Positions 47,636-57,900 are shown, numbered from the stretch's first letter. The stretch: 64,000 bases of DNA from Candidatus Woesearchaeota archaeon (GCA_964412025.1 CAYPLY010000001.1:4797-68796); one strand, 5' to 3'. The notes: generated by a model from the letters alone, not told the origin. Program-made: numbers and translations.

Positions 47636-50131
47636 ATGGTCAAACCGGTTGAAACTGTGGAGAATAAGGAATTTAACTTTCATGTAATAGAGCAGAAATG
47701 GCAGAAGAAATGGGAAAAAGAAAAAATATTTCAGGTTAGTGAGAAATCAAAAAAACCGAAATATTATGTTTTAGAGATGTTTCCTTATCCATCTGCTGCA
47801 GGATTGCATATGGGTCATGCTTTGAATTATACGATAGGAGATATTCATGCAAGATTTAAGAGAATGAATGGATTTAATGTTCTTTATCCTATGGGATATG
47901 ATGCATTAGGGTTGCCTGCAGAGAATGCTGCAATTAAAGAAAAAACCCATCCTGAAGATTACACAAATAAATCTGCTGCTAACTTTATGAACCAGCAGAA
48001 AACTCTGGGATTTAGTTATGATTGGTCAAGGATGGTTAATACTTCTTATCCCGATTTTTATAAGTGGGATCAGTGGATATTTCTGAAGATGTTAGAGAAA
48101 GGAATTGCATACCGAAAGAAATCTCCGGTTAATTGGTGTAATAAATGTCAGACTGTTCTTGCAAATGAGCAAGTTCACAATGGAAAATGCTGGAGACACG
48201 AAGATACAGAGGTTGAGATAAAACATCTTGAACAATGGTTCTTTAAGATTACAGATTATGTTGAAGAGATTTTAGATAATATTGATGGTTTAGATTGGCC
48301 ATCAAAAACAAAACTTATGCAAAAGAATTGGATAGGTAAATCTTATGGTACTGAAATTGATTTTGAAATAAATGGCAGGAAATGGCCTGTATTTACAACG
48401 CGCCCAGATACTTTATTTGGGGTTACTTTTATGGTTATTTCTGCACAACATTCCAAATTGTTTGATTTAGTTACAGATAAACAAAAGAAAGAGGTGGAGA
48501 AATTTTTGAAGAGATTAAAATCTGTTAGTGAGAAGGAATTGGAAGATATGGAAAAGGAGGGAGTTTTTACAGGAAGCTATGCAACCAATCCTATTACTAA
48601 GGAAAAGATTCCTGTTTATGCTGGAAATTTCGTTATTTCGGATTATGGTTCAGGAATGGTTATGGCTGTTCCGGCTCATGATCAGAGGGATTTCGAATTT
48701 GCAAGGAAGTATAATATTCCAATTAAAGTTGTTATTGATCCTGTTGGTCAAGAGATAGAAGTTCCTAAAAAAATGACTCACGCTTACACAGAAAAAGGAA
48801 ACTTGATAAATTCAGGAGATTTTAATGGGATAATTAATGAAGACGCGAAAGAAAAGATTACAGAATTTTTAATGAAAAAGAAGTTGGGAAAGAAGGTTGT
48901 TCAATTTAAGTTGAGAGATTGGTTAGTCTCAAGGCAAAGATATTGGGGAACTCCAATACCTGTTGTTTATTGTGAAAAGTGTGGGATAGTTCCTGTAAAT
49001 GAAAAGGATCTTCCTGTTAAGTTGCCTAGAGAGGTTAAGTTTGGAGAAGGTAATCCTTTATTAACAAATGAGAAATGGATAAATACTAAATGTCCAAAAT
49101 GTAATTGTAAGGCAAAAAGAGAAACAGATACTATGGATACTTTTGTTAACTCTTCCTGGTATTTTTTAAGATATTGCGACCCAAATAATACTAAAGAAAT
49201 ATTTGATAAAAATAAGGTTAAATCCTGGATGCCCGTTGATCAATATATCGGTGGTGCAGAGCATGCTTGTATGCATTTAATTTATTGTAGATTTTATACT
49301 AAATTTTTAAGGGATTTAGGACTTTTGAATTTTGATGAACCAGTTAAAAAATTATTTCATCAGGGGATGCTTCATGGGGCAGATGGTAATAAAATGTCTA
49401 AAAGTCTAGGGAATGTTATTGATCCTTTAGATATAACTAAGAATTATAGCGCAGATTCTTTGAGATTAGCTTTAATGAGTTTTGCGTCTCCAGATTCAGA
49501 TACTAATTGGGATGAGAAAGTTTTGATTGGCAGTCATAGGTTTTTATCTAAATTATATGAATATTTTGGCAAAGTTAAGATTATTAAAACTTCCAATCCC
49601 AAGATAGAAAACAAAATTAATAAAATAATTAAGGAAGTAACAAATCAAATTGAGAATTTCAAATATAATCTAGCTATAATTAAAATTAGGGAATTATTCA
49701 ACTCGTTACCTGAAGAGTGTCCAAAAGATATTTTGGAAAAGAGTTTGAAGTTATTACATCCATTTTGTCCGCACATTACGGAGGAGTTATGGGAGAAGAT
49801 AGGAAATAAAATTTTTATAAGTCTTGCGAGTTGGCCTGAAGTTGATGAGAAAAAGATTGACGATAAGTTTGATAAACAGGAAGAGGCTATGGAGAAAATT
49901 GTTTCTGATATATTGAATATATACAAAATAGTAGAATCAAGAGGAGAGAGGAAAAATAAAGTTTATGTTTATGTTCTTCCAAATGAAAAAGAGTTTTATG
50001 ATGTATCTGAGATAAGTACAAGAGTAGGTAAGGAAGTAAATATTTTTGCTGTAAATGATTCAAAAAAATATGATCCTAATGGTATTTCAAAGAAATCTAA
50101 GCCAGGGAAACCTGGGATATATATGGAATAA
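47636..50131 (+). CDS. leuS: leucyl-tRNA synthetase, bacterial-type
   Basis: MFPYPSAAGLHMGHALNYTIGD (HMGH) ... NKMSKSLGNVIDP (KMSKS). The 831-aa architecture and N-terminal block resemble bacterial LeuS rather than the longer archaeal form. Confidence 0.9.
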   Translation: MVKPVETVENKEFNFHVIEQKWQKKWEKEKIFQVSEKSKKPKYYVLEMFPYPSAAGLHMGHALNYTIGDIHARFKRMNGFNVLYPMGYDALGLPAENAAIKEKTHPEDYTNKSAANFMNQQKTLGFSYDWSRMVNTSYPDFYKWDQWIFLKMLEKGIAYRKKSPVNWCNKCQTVLANEQVHNGKCWRHEDTEVEIKHLEQWFFKITDYVEEILDNIDGLDWPSKTKLMQKNWIGKSYGTEIDFEINGRKWPVFTTRPDTLFGVTFMVISAQHSKLFDLVTDKQKKEVEKFLKRLKSVSEKELEDMEKEGVFTGSYATNPITKEKIPVYAGNFVISDYGSGMVMAVPAHDQRDFEFARKYNIPIKVVIDPVGQEIEVPKKMTHAYTEKGNLINSGDFNGIINEDAKEKITEFLMKKKLGKKVVQFKLRDWLVSRQRYWGTPIPVVYCEKCGIVPVNEKDLPVKLPREVKFGEGNPLLTNEKWINTKCPKCNCKAKRETDTMDTFVNSSWYFLRYCDPNNTKEIFDKNKVKSWMPVDQYIGGAEHACMHLIYCRFYTKFLRDLGLLNFDEPVKKLFHQGMLHGADGNKMSKSLGNVIDPLDITKNYSADSLRLALMSFASPDSDTNWDEKVLIGSHRFLSKLYEYFGKVKIIKTSNPKIENKINKIIKEVTNQIENFKYNLAIIKIRELFNSLPEECPKDILEKSLKLLHPFCPHITEELWEKIGNKIFISLASWPEVDEKKIDDKFDKQEEAMEKIVSDILNIYKIVESRGERKNKVYVYVLPNEKEFYDVSEISTRVGKEVNIFAVNDSKKYDPNGISKKSKPGKPGIYME

Positions 50132-50165
50132 TCAGGTTTTTATATCCTGATTTTCTATTTAATTT

Positions 50166-51266
50166 ATGGATGATAATAGAGGTGCGTCTCCTGGTTTTTA
50201 TAGGAAGATAAGATTTTCTCCCTATAAGAAATATCTCATATTGACTATTCTTGTTTTATTCTTGTTTTTTCTTTTCTCTGGGGGCTTTGGTTTTGTTCAG
50301 TCTCCGGAGGAGGAGATTTCTTTTTTGGATGATGGTTTATGTGGGGACGATACCCCTGAGAATACCTGTTCTGACGTTAAGCCATATTTTTGTAAGGAAG
50401 GTATATTAATTGAGATGGCTTCTGTTTGTGGATGTCCAGAAGGATTTGGAACAAATAAAAATATTTGTTTTTCAAATTATAATACTGGATATAAAAATAT
50501 CAGATTAAATTATACTCTTAAGGGAGAGAATGGCTTTATTGATTTTGCAGTATATGATGGTTTTAGAAATTATATCTCTTCTATCCCTCGCTCAATAGTT
50601 TATTTCTCTAATGGAAATTCTTCTAGGGCAGATTTTACTTTAAAGGCAATAAATGAGGAAGAACAAAGGAAATTCCTTATGCCTCTTGTAATTATAATAC
50701 AAAATATAACGGATAATAAAGATGATCAGATGAGAATTGCAATAAGTATTGTTCAAAATATTCCTTTTGGGGCATCAAATAAGACAGCTTATTTTGGGGT
50801 TAACAAAATTAACTATTCTAGATATCCTTATGAGGTTCTTTATGATATGCAGGGAGTTTGTGGGGAGAAGACTGATTTATTGGCATTTTTCCTGAGGGAG
50901 TTAGGATATGGAACTTCATTTTTTTACTATGCAGATGAAAATCACGAAGCATTGGGTTTAAAATGTCCTATAGAAGAGAGTTTAAGTAAAAGCGGGTATT
51001 GTTTTGTTGAGACAACCGGACCTTCTATAATAACAGATAACAAAATATCTTATGTAGGAGTTGGAAAACTATTCTCTGAACCAGAGATTTATTTTATAAA
51101 TTATGGAGAGTCAATTAGTTTTAATCTTGATGAATATGAAGATGCGGATAAATTAATTCAGATAAGAAATTCTGCTGAGAAAACAGGGTTTATAGGTCCT
51201 ATAAATAAGATGAATTTGGAAAAGATTAAGAAAAAGTACGGCCTGGCAGAAAGGTATTACGGATAG
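50166..51266 (+). CDS. membrane-anchored transglutaminase-like (Cys-His) domain protein
   Basis: N-terminal TM (LILTILVLFLFFLFSGGFGFV) and a Cys-rich ectodomain. GVCGEKTDLLAFFLRELGYGTSFFYYADENH resembles the transglutaminase-like G.C.d.A.lf.allRalGIPAR...H core. It uses a TAG stop. Confidence 0.45.
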   Translation: MDDNRGASPGFYRKIRFSPYKKYLILTILVLFLFFLFSGGFGFVQSPEEEISFLDDGLCGDDTPENTCSDVKPYFCKEGILIEMASVCGCPEGFGTNKNICFSNYNTGYKNIRLNYTLKGENGFIDFAVYDGFRNYISSIPRSIVYFSNGNSSRADFTLKAINEEEQRKFLMPLVIIIQNITDNKDDQMRIAISIVQNIPFGASNKTAYFGVNKINYSRYPYEVLYDMQGVCGEKTDLLAFFLRELGYGTSFFYYADENHEALGLKCPIEESLSKSGYCFVETTGPSIITDNKISYVGVGKLFSEPEIYFINYGESISFNLDEYEDADKLIQIRNSAEKTGFIGPINKMNLEKIKKKYGLAERYYG

Positions 51267-51269
51267 TGT

Positions 51270-53018
51270 TTACTCAAGTATTGCCTTAATTCTTCTTACT
51301 CCACTAGATGAGGATTCTTCTTTTGTTATCTTGAATTTTCCAAGTTCACAGGTGTTTTTTACATGGGGTCCAGTACATATTTCTTTAGAACATTCTCCTA
51401 TAGCGTAAACAGATACAATTTCTCCATACTTATGCTCAAATACTCCAGATATCCCTCTTTTTTTTGCTTCATCCAGGGTCATTTCCTCTCTTATAACCTC
51501 ACATCCTTTTTGTATGTTTAAATTTACTTCTTTTTCTATCTCTTTTATTTCTTCATCAGTTAATTTTCTTGGAAAATTGAAATCAAATCTCAATCTTTCA
51601 GCATTTATATTAGAGCCCTTTTGGTGTATTGAATTATCATTGAGTATTTTTCTTATTGCTGCTAAAAGCAGGTGAGATGCGGTATGTAAGCGAGTTGTTT
51701 CTCTGCTATTATCTGCAAGTCCAGATTTGAATTTTCCTTCTGCAGCAGTTCTTGATAGTTCTTGATGTACTTTACATTCTTCATCAAATTCTTTTCTTGA
51801 GAATCTTATTTTTCTTGTTTTACATTCTTCTTCAATCATTTCTACAGGGAAACCATATGATTGGTACAAAAGGAAGGAATCTTTGCAGGAAATTTCTTTT
51901 TTATCTCTGGTTATTTTATCAAAAATGTTTATCCCTCTTTCAAGAGTTTGTCTGAACTTATTTTCTTCTCTCTCTAGTTCTGTTATTATATTATTTCTCC
52001 TCTTTTTTAGTTCAGGATAATCCGGATATATCTCTATGAGAGTATCTACAAATTTTGAACTGAAATTTTCCTTTATTCCAATTGATTGACCATATCTTAC
52101 TGCTCTTCTTATTAGTCTTCTTAGAATATATCCTTGTTCTGTGTTACCAGGTACAACTCCATCGGATATTATAAATATAGCTGCCTTAAGGTGGTCTGCT
52201 ATTACCCTCATCTCTCTTTTGTTTTTATTATAATCTTTTTTGGACATTTTTTCAATCTCTTTTATGATTGGAAAAAATGATTCTGTTAGATAGTTATCTT
52301 TTAAATTATTTAAAACTGCAATTGTTCTTTCAACCCCTCCTCCATAATCTATATTTCTTTGTTTTGCAGGTATAAATTTACCTTCTTCATTTTTTGTGAA
52401 CTCCATTAAAACATTATTTCCTATCTCTACCCAATTATTATCATGAGGATTAAATTTTTCTGGGGCTTTATTTTTCCCTGACCAGTAAAATATCTCTGTA
52501 TCAGGACCACAAGGTCCCGTTTTACCTGCAGGTCCCCACCAGTTATCTTGTATTTTTGCTATTCTTTCTTTTTTTATTCCCAGAGATTTCCAGACTTCTA
52601 TTGCTGTTTTGTCTTCATTTATATTTTGTTTTTTATCTCCTGAAAAGACTGATACTGCTAGATTTTCTTTTGGTATCTCTAGTATCCTTGTCAGAAATTC
52701 ATATGTAAACTTTATTGCTTCTTCTTTCCAGTAATCTCCTAAGCTCCAATTTCCCATCATTTCAAAAAAAGTATGATGTATTTCATCTCCTACTTCTTCA
52801 ATATCTCCTGTTCTTATGCATTTTTGAATACTCACAAGTCTTTTTCCAAGAGGATGTGATTGTCCTAGAAGAAAAGGAACTAGAGGATGCATACCTGCTG
52901 TAGTAAATAATACTGTTGGGTCATTTTCTGGAATTAAGGAAGAGTTTGGAACCTCTTTATGGTTTTTTGATTTAAAAAATTCTACATACTTTTTAATCAG
53001 TTCTTTTCTATATATCAT
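51270..53018 (-). CDS. alaS: alanyl-tRNA synthetase, short (582 aa) bacterial-type form lacking the C-Ala domain
   Basis: N-terminus FFKSKNHKEVPNSSLIPENDPTVLFTTAGMHPLVPFLLG. Editing-domain Zn motif HTASHLL...C.GPHV. Confidence 0.85.
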   Translation of the reverse strand: MIYRKELIKKYVEFFKSKNHKEVPNSSLIPENDPTVLFTTAGMHPLVPFLLGQSHPLGKRLVSIQKCIRTGDIEEVGDEIHHTFFEMMGNWSLGDYWKEEAIKFTYEFLTRILEIPKENLAVSVFSGDKKQNINEDKTAIEVWKSLGIKKERIAKIQDNWWGPAGKTGPCGPDTEIFYWSGKNKAPEKFNPHDNNWVEIGNNVLMEFTKNEEGKFIPAKQRNIDYGGGVERTIAVLNNLKDNYLTESFFPIIKEIEKMSKKDYNKNKREMRVIADHLKAAIFIISDGVVPGNTEQGYILRRLIRRAVRYGQSIGIKENFSSKFVDTLIEIYPDYPELKKRRNNIITELEREENKFRQTLERGINIFDKITRDKKEISCKDSFLLYQSYGFPVEMIEEECKTRKIRFSRKEFDEECKVHQELSRTAAEGKFKSGLADNSRETTRLHTASHLLLAAIRKILNDNSIHQKGSNINAERLRFDFNFPRKLTDEEIKEIEKEVNLNIQKGCEVIREEMTLDEAKKRGISGVFEHKYGEIVSVYAIGECSKEICTGPHVKNTCELGKFKITKEESSSSGVRRIKAILE

Positions 53019-53055
53019 ACTATGCAGAGAAGTAGTTTACTTTTAAAAATATTGT

Positions 53056-53439
53056 TTATCCAAGTTTTCTAAGTTTTTCTTGAATCTCTCTTAGTTGTCT
53101 TTCTAAATCATCTTCATCAGGAGATTGTTTTATCCTTGTTGGTATTTTTATAGGTTCTTCTTCTATCTCTTTTTTTTCAGTATCATTTTTCTTTTTTAAT
53201 ATATCTGGTAATTTTATTTTTGGAAGAATGTTGTTTATTTTTGTTAAATTAATTTTAAGGTCTCTTATCTTATTTTGCATTCTTAATTTATTTGTTAATT
53301 CTTCTCTTCTCAATAATTCGTATCTTTTTATTATCTTAAGAATCCTTAAAAAATCCCTTTCTGCTGAAAGCACATCTTTTTTTGATTGAATCGCTTCGTT
53401 ATAATTCACCTTTATGTGGAAAATACTTTCTTCTTTCAT
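53056..53439 (-). CDS. coiled-coil protein (127 aa)
   Basis: Heptad-rich K/E/L sequence. Overlaps the upstream ORF by 4 nt (ATGA). Confidence 0.4.
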   Translation of the reverse strand: MKEESIFHIKVNYNEAIQSKKDVLSAERDFLRILKIIKRYELLRREELTNKLRMQNKIRDLKINLTKINNILPKIKLPDILKKKNDTEKKEIEEEPIKIPTRIKQSPDEDDLERQLREIQEKLRKLG

Positions 53440-54191
53440 TCTACTCTTGAGAAGATTTCATTATCTACTTTTTCTATCTCATTTTTTATTTTTTGTATTT
53501 CCTTTTCCCAAGAAATAAGCTCTTGTTCTTCTTTGGCTTTTATCTCCTTTGTATCTTTAATGAGACTTTCTATTTCTGATATCTGGGATTTTATAGTATG
53601 AAATATTTTCATACTTTCTTCGAACTTATCTATTCTTATGAATACTGGTTCTGCTTTCTTAGTCATATAATTTCTTACTGCGAACTCTTGAGTTATCTCT
53701 TTTGTCTTTACAGGCTTTGGAGGAGGCAATCTTTTTACTTCTTCCTCTTCTTCTTCCTCAACTATTATCTCTTCTCCATCTTCTTCCTCTGCAAATGATT
53801 TCTGTGGAACTCCATTCTCATCATAATTTTGTGTAAATGTTTTTTTTACAGTTTTAGCTTGTGGTCTGTCCTGGTAGTTCTCATATTCTTGGCTGAAAGA
53901 TCTTTTCAGAGGTTTTTGCATCATTCCGTGTTGTTCAGGGAAGTCCTCTGCATCAAAAACCTCTTTCTCCTCTTTTTTCCCAGCTACAGCTTCTTTAATA
54001 GTATTTTGAGAAAATTTGTTTCCCAATTGATTATTTGGAAATGTTGGTAATTGAGGAAGAGTATTCTCTTCGTGAGAAACATTATGCATTGCAGGCAACT
54101 CTGGAAGCTTAGGAAGCTCTGGTAATTCTGGAGCACTCATTAGACTTCTCTTCATCTCCTCTTTTTTATCTTTTTTGTTGAATAAACCCAT
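53436..54191 (-). CDS. hypothetical protein with PELP repeats, acidic stretch and C-terminal coiled coil (251 aa)
   Basis: PELPELPKLPELP repeat, an EEEEEEE run, and a C-terminal helical region. Transcribed divergently from tfe. Confidence 0.45.
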   Translation of the reverse strand: MGLFNKKDKKEEMKRSLMSAPELPELPKLPELPAMHNVSHEENTLPQLPTFPNNQLGNKFSQNTIKEAVAGKKEEKEVFDAEDFPEQHGMMQKPLKRSFSQEYENYQDRPQAKTVKKTFTQNYDENGVPQKSFAEEEDGEEIIVEEEEEEEVKRLPPPKPVKTKEITQEFAVRNYMTKKAEPVFIRIDKFEESMKIFHTIKSQISEIESLIKDTKEIKAKEEQELISWEKEIQKIKNEIEKVDNEIFSRVE

Positions 54192-54314
54192 TTTTAGTTT
54201 GTTCTTGATATACTCTTTTTGATATATATAAGAGATAATATAGGTTTAAAAACTTTTATCTTTCTTTATTTTTTAAACAGAAAACTATTTAATGGGATTG
54301 TTTTTATTATTTCA

Positions 54315-55085
54315 ATGCTGAAAAATTTTTTAAATGAGGTGATATCCATTGTTGTTGGGAAACCTGCAGATTCAATTGTTAATCTTCTCGAGGGAGATAA
54401 ATATGTTAATGAATTTATAATTGCTAAGAAACTAGATTTGACTATAAATCAGGCTAGAAATATTTTATACAAAATATCCGATAATGGTCTCGTTTCCTCT
54501 ATAAGAAAAAAGGATAAAAAGAAAGGATGGTATACTTATTTTTGGAAGATTGAAGTTTTGAAATCTTTGGAATTCTTAAGAGAACTTGTATTAAAGAATC
54601 TCACACAGATGAAAAACCAGATAAAAAGCAGAGAAACAAAGAGATTTTATGTTTGTGAGAGATGTAATATAGAATTTAATGAGGAGAATGCGATGCTTCA
54701 TGATTTTACTTGTAATGAGTGTGGAGAGGTTTTTTCAGTTAAGGATAATGAAAAGGTTCTTAAGGAATTTAAGAAAAATGAGGAAAAGCTCGAGAATAAA
54801 TTGAAGATGATTGATGAACAGATAGAGATAGAGAAAGCTAAATTAGAAAAGATAAAGATGAAAGAGATTAAGAAAATTCAAAATGAAAAGATAAAACAGA
54901 GAGAAGAGACTAGGAGATTACAGAAGGAAGCAAGAGAGAGAGAAAAAGGTAAAAAGGTACCGGTTAAGAATAAAAAAGATATTAAGAAAGTTGTTAAAAA
55001 ATCTGGTTTGAAAAAAAATTTAGATAAGAAATCCAAGAAAGTATCTGTAAAAGATAAAAGTAAGAAAGCTTCCAAGAAGAAATAA
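54315..55085 (+). CDS. tfe: transcription factor E alpha subunit (TFIIE-alpha homologue) with a K-rich C-terminal extension
   Basis: Winged helix NEFIIAKKLDLTINQARNILYKISDNGLVSSIRKKDKKKGWYTYFWKI plus zinc ribbon CERCNIEF...CNECGEVF. The start is moved to the internal Met (MLKNFLNEV) because the upstream 32 codons look like AT-rich non-coding sequence. Confidence 0.7.
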   Translation: MLKNFLNEVISIVVGKPADSIVNLLEGDKYVNEFIIAKKLDLTINQARNILYKISDNGLVSSIRKKDKKKGWYTYFWKIEVLKSLEFLRELVLKNLTQMKNQIKSRETKRFYVCERCNIEFNEENAMLHDFTCNECGEVFSVKDNEKVLKEFKKNEEKLENKLKMIDEQIEIEKAKLEKIKMKEIKKIQNEKIKQREETRRLQKEAREREKGKKVPVKNKKDIKKVVKKSGLKKNLDKKSKKVSVKDKSKKASKKK

Positions 55086-55093
55086 ACTTAATT

Positions 55094-55954
55094 TTGTTTA
55101 AAATGACGTATGTTTATCAAGTTCATCCGAATAGAAAAAGGAGTATTTTTGATTCTTTAAGTTTGAACACTATTTTGATTATTTTAAATGTAGCCTTTTT
55201 TATTATATTCACTATCCTGATGAAATTGGGGTATTTATCTGTTGATTTTGTTGCTATAAAACCCTCAAATATTGTTGAAGGAAAATATCTTTGGACATTT
55301 TTGACCAGCATGTTTATGCACGCAGGTTTTTTTCATCTTTTTGTAAATATGTTTTCGCTTTTTTTTATTGGGTCTATTGTTGAAAAAATTGTTGGACGTA
55401 AAAGATATCTTTGGTTTTACCTTTTATCGGGAGTATTTGCTGGATTATTTTATGTTCTATTTGCTTACTTTTTAGGGGGAAGTGCGATAGGTGGAAGGAT
55501 TTTTGGAGGGCCGGACACTCTTGCTTTAGGAGCTAGTGGTGCAATCTTTGGTTTGGCAGGTTTATTAACCGTTATGATCCCCCACAAGAAAGTTTATTTA
55601 ATTGTAGGCCCTATGATCGCGATAGTCCTACAGGCAATATTTAATCATGTTTCTCCTTTATCTTCTTTTACAGGAATTATAGACTTTTTAGTGACTGTAT
55701 ACATCTTCGTAGCAATATTTTCAATGTTATCTTTTAATGAAAGGTCTAGACGAATAAGCGTTCCTATAGAAATGTCTTTCTGGTTGCTTCCCGTAATTGC
55801 AATAGTTCCTCTTGTAATAATTGGGCTATTTGTTGAACTACCAATAGGAAACACTGCACATCTTGGGGGTTTAGTTGCTGGTCTTATATATGGGGCTTTT
55901 TTGAGAAGCAAGTATAAAAATAAAACAATGTATATTCGGAAGCATTTTAGTTAG
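55094..55954 (+). CDS. rhomboid family intramembrane serine protease
   Basis: GASGAIFGLAGLL (GxSG) and the His in AHLGGLVAGLIYG. Multiple TM helices. Uses a TAG stop. Confidence 0.8.
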   Translation: MFKMTYVYQVHPNRKRSIFDSLSLNTILIILNVAFFIIFTILMKLGYLSVDFVAIKPSNIVEGKYLWTFLTSMFMHAGFFHLFVNMFSLFFIGSIVEKIVGRKRYLWFYLLSGVFAGLFYVLFAYFLGGSAIGGRIFGGPDTLALGASGAIFGLAGLLTVMIPHKKVYLIVGPMIAIVLQAIFNHVSPLSSFTGIIDFLVTVYIFVAIFSMLSFNERSRRISVPIEMSFWLLPVIAIVPLVIIGLFVELPIGNTAHLGGLVAGLIYGAFLRSKYKNKTMYIRKHFS

Positions 55955-55969
55955 ATTTATATATAATTC

Positions 55970-56611
55970 TTGGATATTTTAATTATGAAACGGGTGAAAA
56001 AAGGAAAGAGAAGTTATGAGAAGAATGTAAATGAGGAAAATTTTTTCAAAGAAAATTATTTAAGGAGTTGGAGATATATCAAACAATCAAAGAAATTTAT
56101 ATTTGCCATAGCAATTCTTTTTTTCTTTTTTTCTTTTATAGGTTTTGTTTTTCAACCTTCTGATTTAGTTAACCTTATATTGGAATACATTCAGGAGATA
56201 TTAACAAAAACCGAATCTATGTCTTCTTCTGAGATGATTTTGTTTATCTTTTTTAATAATCTCAGAATAGCATTTATGGGGATAATTTACGGTTTTGCAT
56301 TTGGGTTATTTCCTGTTTTATCTATAATAGTTAATGGATATGTTGTTGGATATGTCTCTTCTTCTGCCGTTTCTTCCTCAGGAGTTGCTTCTTTGTTGAG
56401 TCTTCTTCCTCATGGAATATTTGAGTTGCCGGCAATTTTTATTTCATTTGGCTTGGGATTAAAATTTGGAACTTTTTTATTGTATAAAGAAAAGATGAAA
56501 AAGTTCAAAGAGTTTTTTACAAATTCTTTAAGAGTATTTGTATTTGTAGTTATTCCTCTTTTGGCGGTTGCAGCTATAATAGAGGGGGGTTTAATTTTTC
56601 TTTTTAATTAA
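55970..56611 (+). CDS. SpoIIM-like / DUF95 family membrane protein
   Basis: LLSLLPHGIFELPAIFISFGLGLKFG motif and multiple TM helices. Confidence 0.6.
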   Translation: MDILIMKRVKKGKRSYEKNVNEENFFKENYLRSWRYIKQSKKFIFAIAILFFFFSFIGFVFQPSDLVNLILEYIQEILTKTESMSSSEMILFIFFNNLRIAFMGIIYGFAFGLFPVLSIIVNGYVVGYVSSSAVSSSGVASLLSLLPHGIFELPAIFISFGLGLKFGTFLLYKEKMKKFKEFFTNSLRVFVFVVIPLLAVAAIIEGGLIFLFN

Positions 56612-56620
56612 GTTTGATAC

Positions 56621-56812
56621 TTATCCTTTTATCTCACTTATTCCAAGAATTATAAGAATCAACCCTATTAGTGCAACAATCCAAGTTAATGCTCCTTTTA
56701 GGACAATCCAGGCAGCAAGTCCCCAAGAACCTAAGGGCATTCCCGGAAATACTAGTGCTATAACTCCTACAAGAAGAATCACTCCTAGAATTAACTCTAA
56801 CCATTTGTTCAT
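56621..56812 (-). CDS. small membrane protein (63 aa)
   Basis: Two hydrophobic helices rich in Trp and Gly. Convergent with the DUF95 gene. Confidence 0.4.
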   Translation of the reverse strand: MNKWLELILGVILLVGVIALVFPGMPLGSWGLAAWIVLKGALTWIVALIGLILIILGISEIKG

Positions 56813-56895
56813 TGTAGATTTATAGAGTATATTTTGTTTAAAAAGATTTTGATAGTCAAAGATAGATTTTTAAGTAGATTTAATTAATTTATTTA

Positions 56896-57900
56896 ATGAA
56901 AAAGTTAAAAATGTCTGGGAATAACTCGGCTGTAGAGAATATTCTAAAAAAATCTGGAAAAGTGAATGGAGAGGTTATTGAGGGTTATGAATTTAATAAT
57001 GGAGTTGATTATGAAAAAATAATTGATAGCTTTGGCTCAACCGGTTTTCAGGCTTCAAATCTTAGCCAGGCAATAGGTATTGTTAATGAGATGATTAAGG
57101 TTAAATCTAAAATTTATATAGGTTATACCTCAAATATGGTTAGTTCAGGTTTAAGAGAAGTAATAAGATATTTAGTTGAGCATAAAAAAGTGGATGTTTG
57201 TGTTACAAGCGGGGGAGGTTTTGAAGAAGATATAATTAAATGCTTAGGAGATACTGTTTTGGGGGATTTCAGGCTTCCGGGAAAAGAACTTAGAGAGAAG
57301 GCAATAAACAGAATAGGGAATTTACTTGTCCCAAATAATAATTATATCTCTTTTGAGGAGTTTTCAATGCCTATCCTTGAAGAAATTTATAATGAACAAA
57401 AGACAACTGGAAAGGTTTATACTCCTTATGAGATAATCTGGAAATTTGGAGAAAAAATAAACAATGAAAAGAGCATTTGTTATTGGGCATGGAAGAACAA
57501 AATACCTATATATTGCCCGGCAATTCTTGATGGGAGTTTTGGGGATATGGTTTATTTCTTTAAATATAAACATGAGGATTTTAAGGTAGATATTGCTGAA
57601 GAAACAAGGATGTTAAACGAATCCACTACCGGACTAAAAAAATCAGGAGTTTTGATTCTTGGGGCCGGAATTGTTAAACATGCCATATTAAATGCTCATC
57701 TTTATAGGAATGGGGCAGATTATGCCGTTTATATAAACAATGCTCAGGAATTTGATGGAAGTGATGCAGGGGCTCTTCCAGAAGAGGCAGTATCTTGGGG
57801 AAAGTTAACTCCCGAATCAAAAAGAGTTAAGGTTTATGGAGACGCAACAATCTTATTTCCATTGTTGGTTGCAAAGACATTTGCAAAAAACTCTATATAA
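56896..57900 (+). CDS. dys: deoxyhypusine synthase
   Basis: VTSGGGFEEDIIKCLG and KIPIYCPAILDGSFGDM blocks characteristic of DHS. 334 aa. Confidence 0.85.
   Translation: MKKLKMSGNNSAVENILKKSGKVNGEVIEGYEFNNGVDYEKIIDSFGSTGFQASNLSQAIGIVNEMIKVKSKIYIGYTSNMVSSGLREVIRYLVEHKKVDVCVTSGGGFEEDIIKCLGDTVLGDFRLPGKELREKAINRIGNLLVPNNNYISFEEFSMPILEEIYNEQKTTGKVYTPYEIIWKFGEKINNEKSICYWAWKNKIPIYCPAILDGSFGDMVYFFKYKHEDFKVDIAEETRMLNESTTGLKKSGVLILGAGIVKHAILNAHLYRNGADYAVYINNAQEFDGSDAGALPEEAVSWGKLTPESKRVKVYGDATILFPLLVAKTFAKNSI

Noticed and set aside
54219-54314. First 32 codons of the track ORF for tfe (MIYIRDNIGLKTFIFLYFLNRKLFNGIVFIIS)
   Set aside because: The translation is AT-rich and junk-like, and TFE homologues begin at the winged helix. 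It is treated as promoter or leader, with the start moved to 54315.
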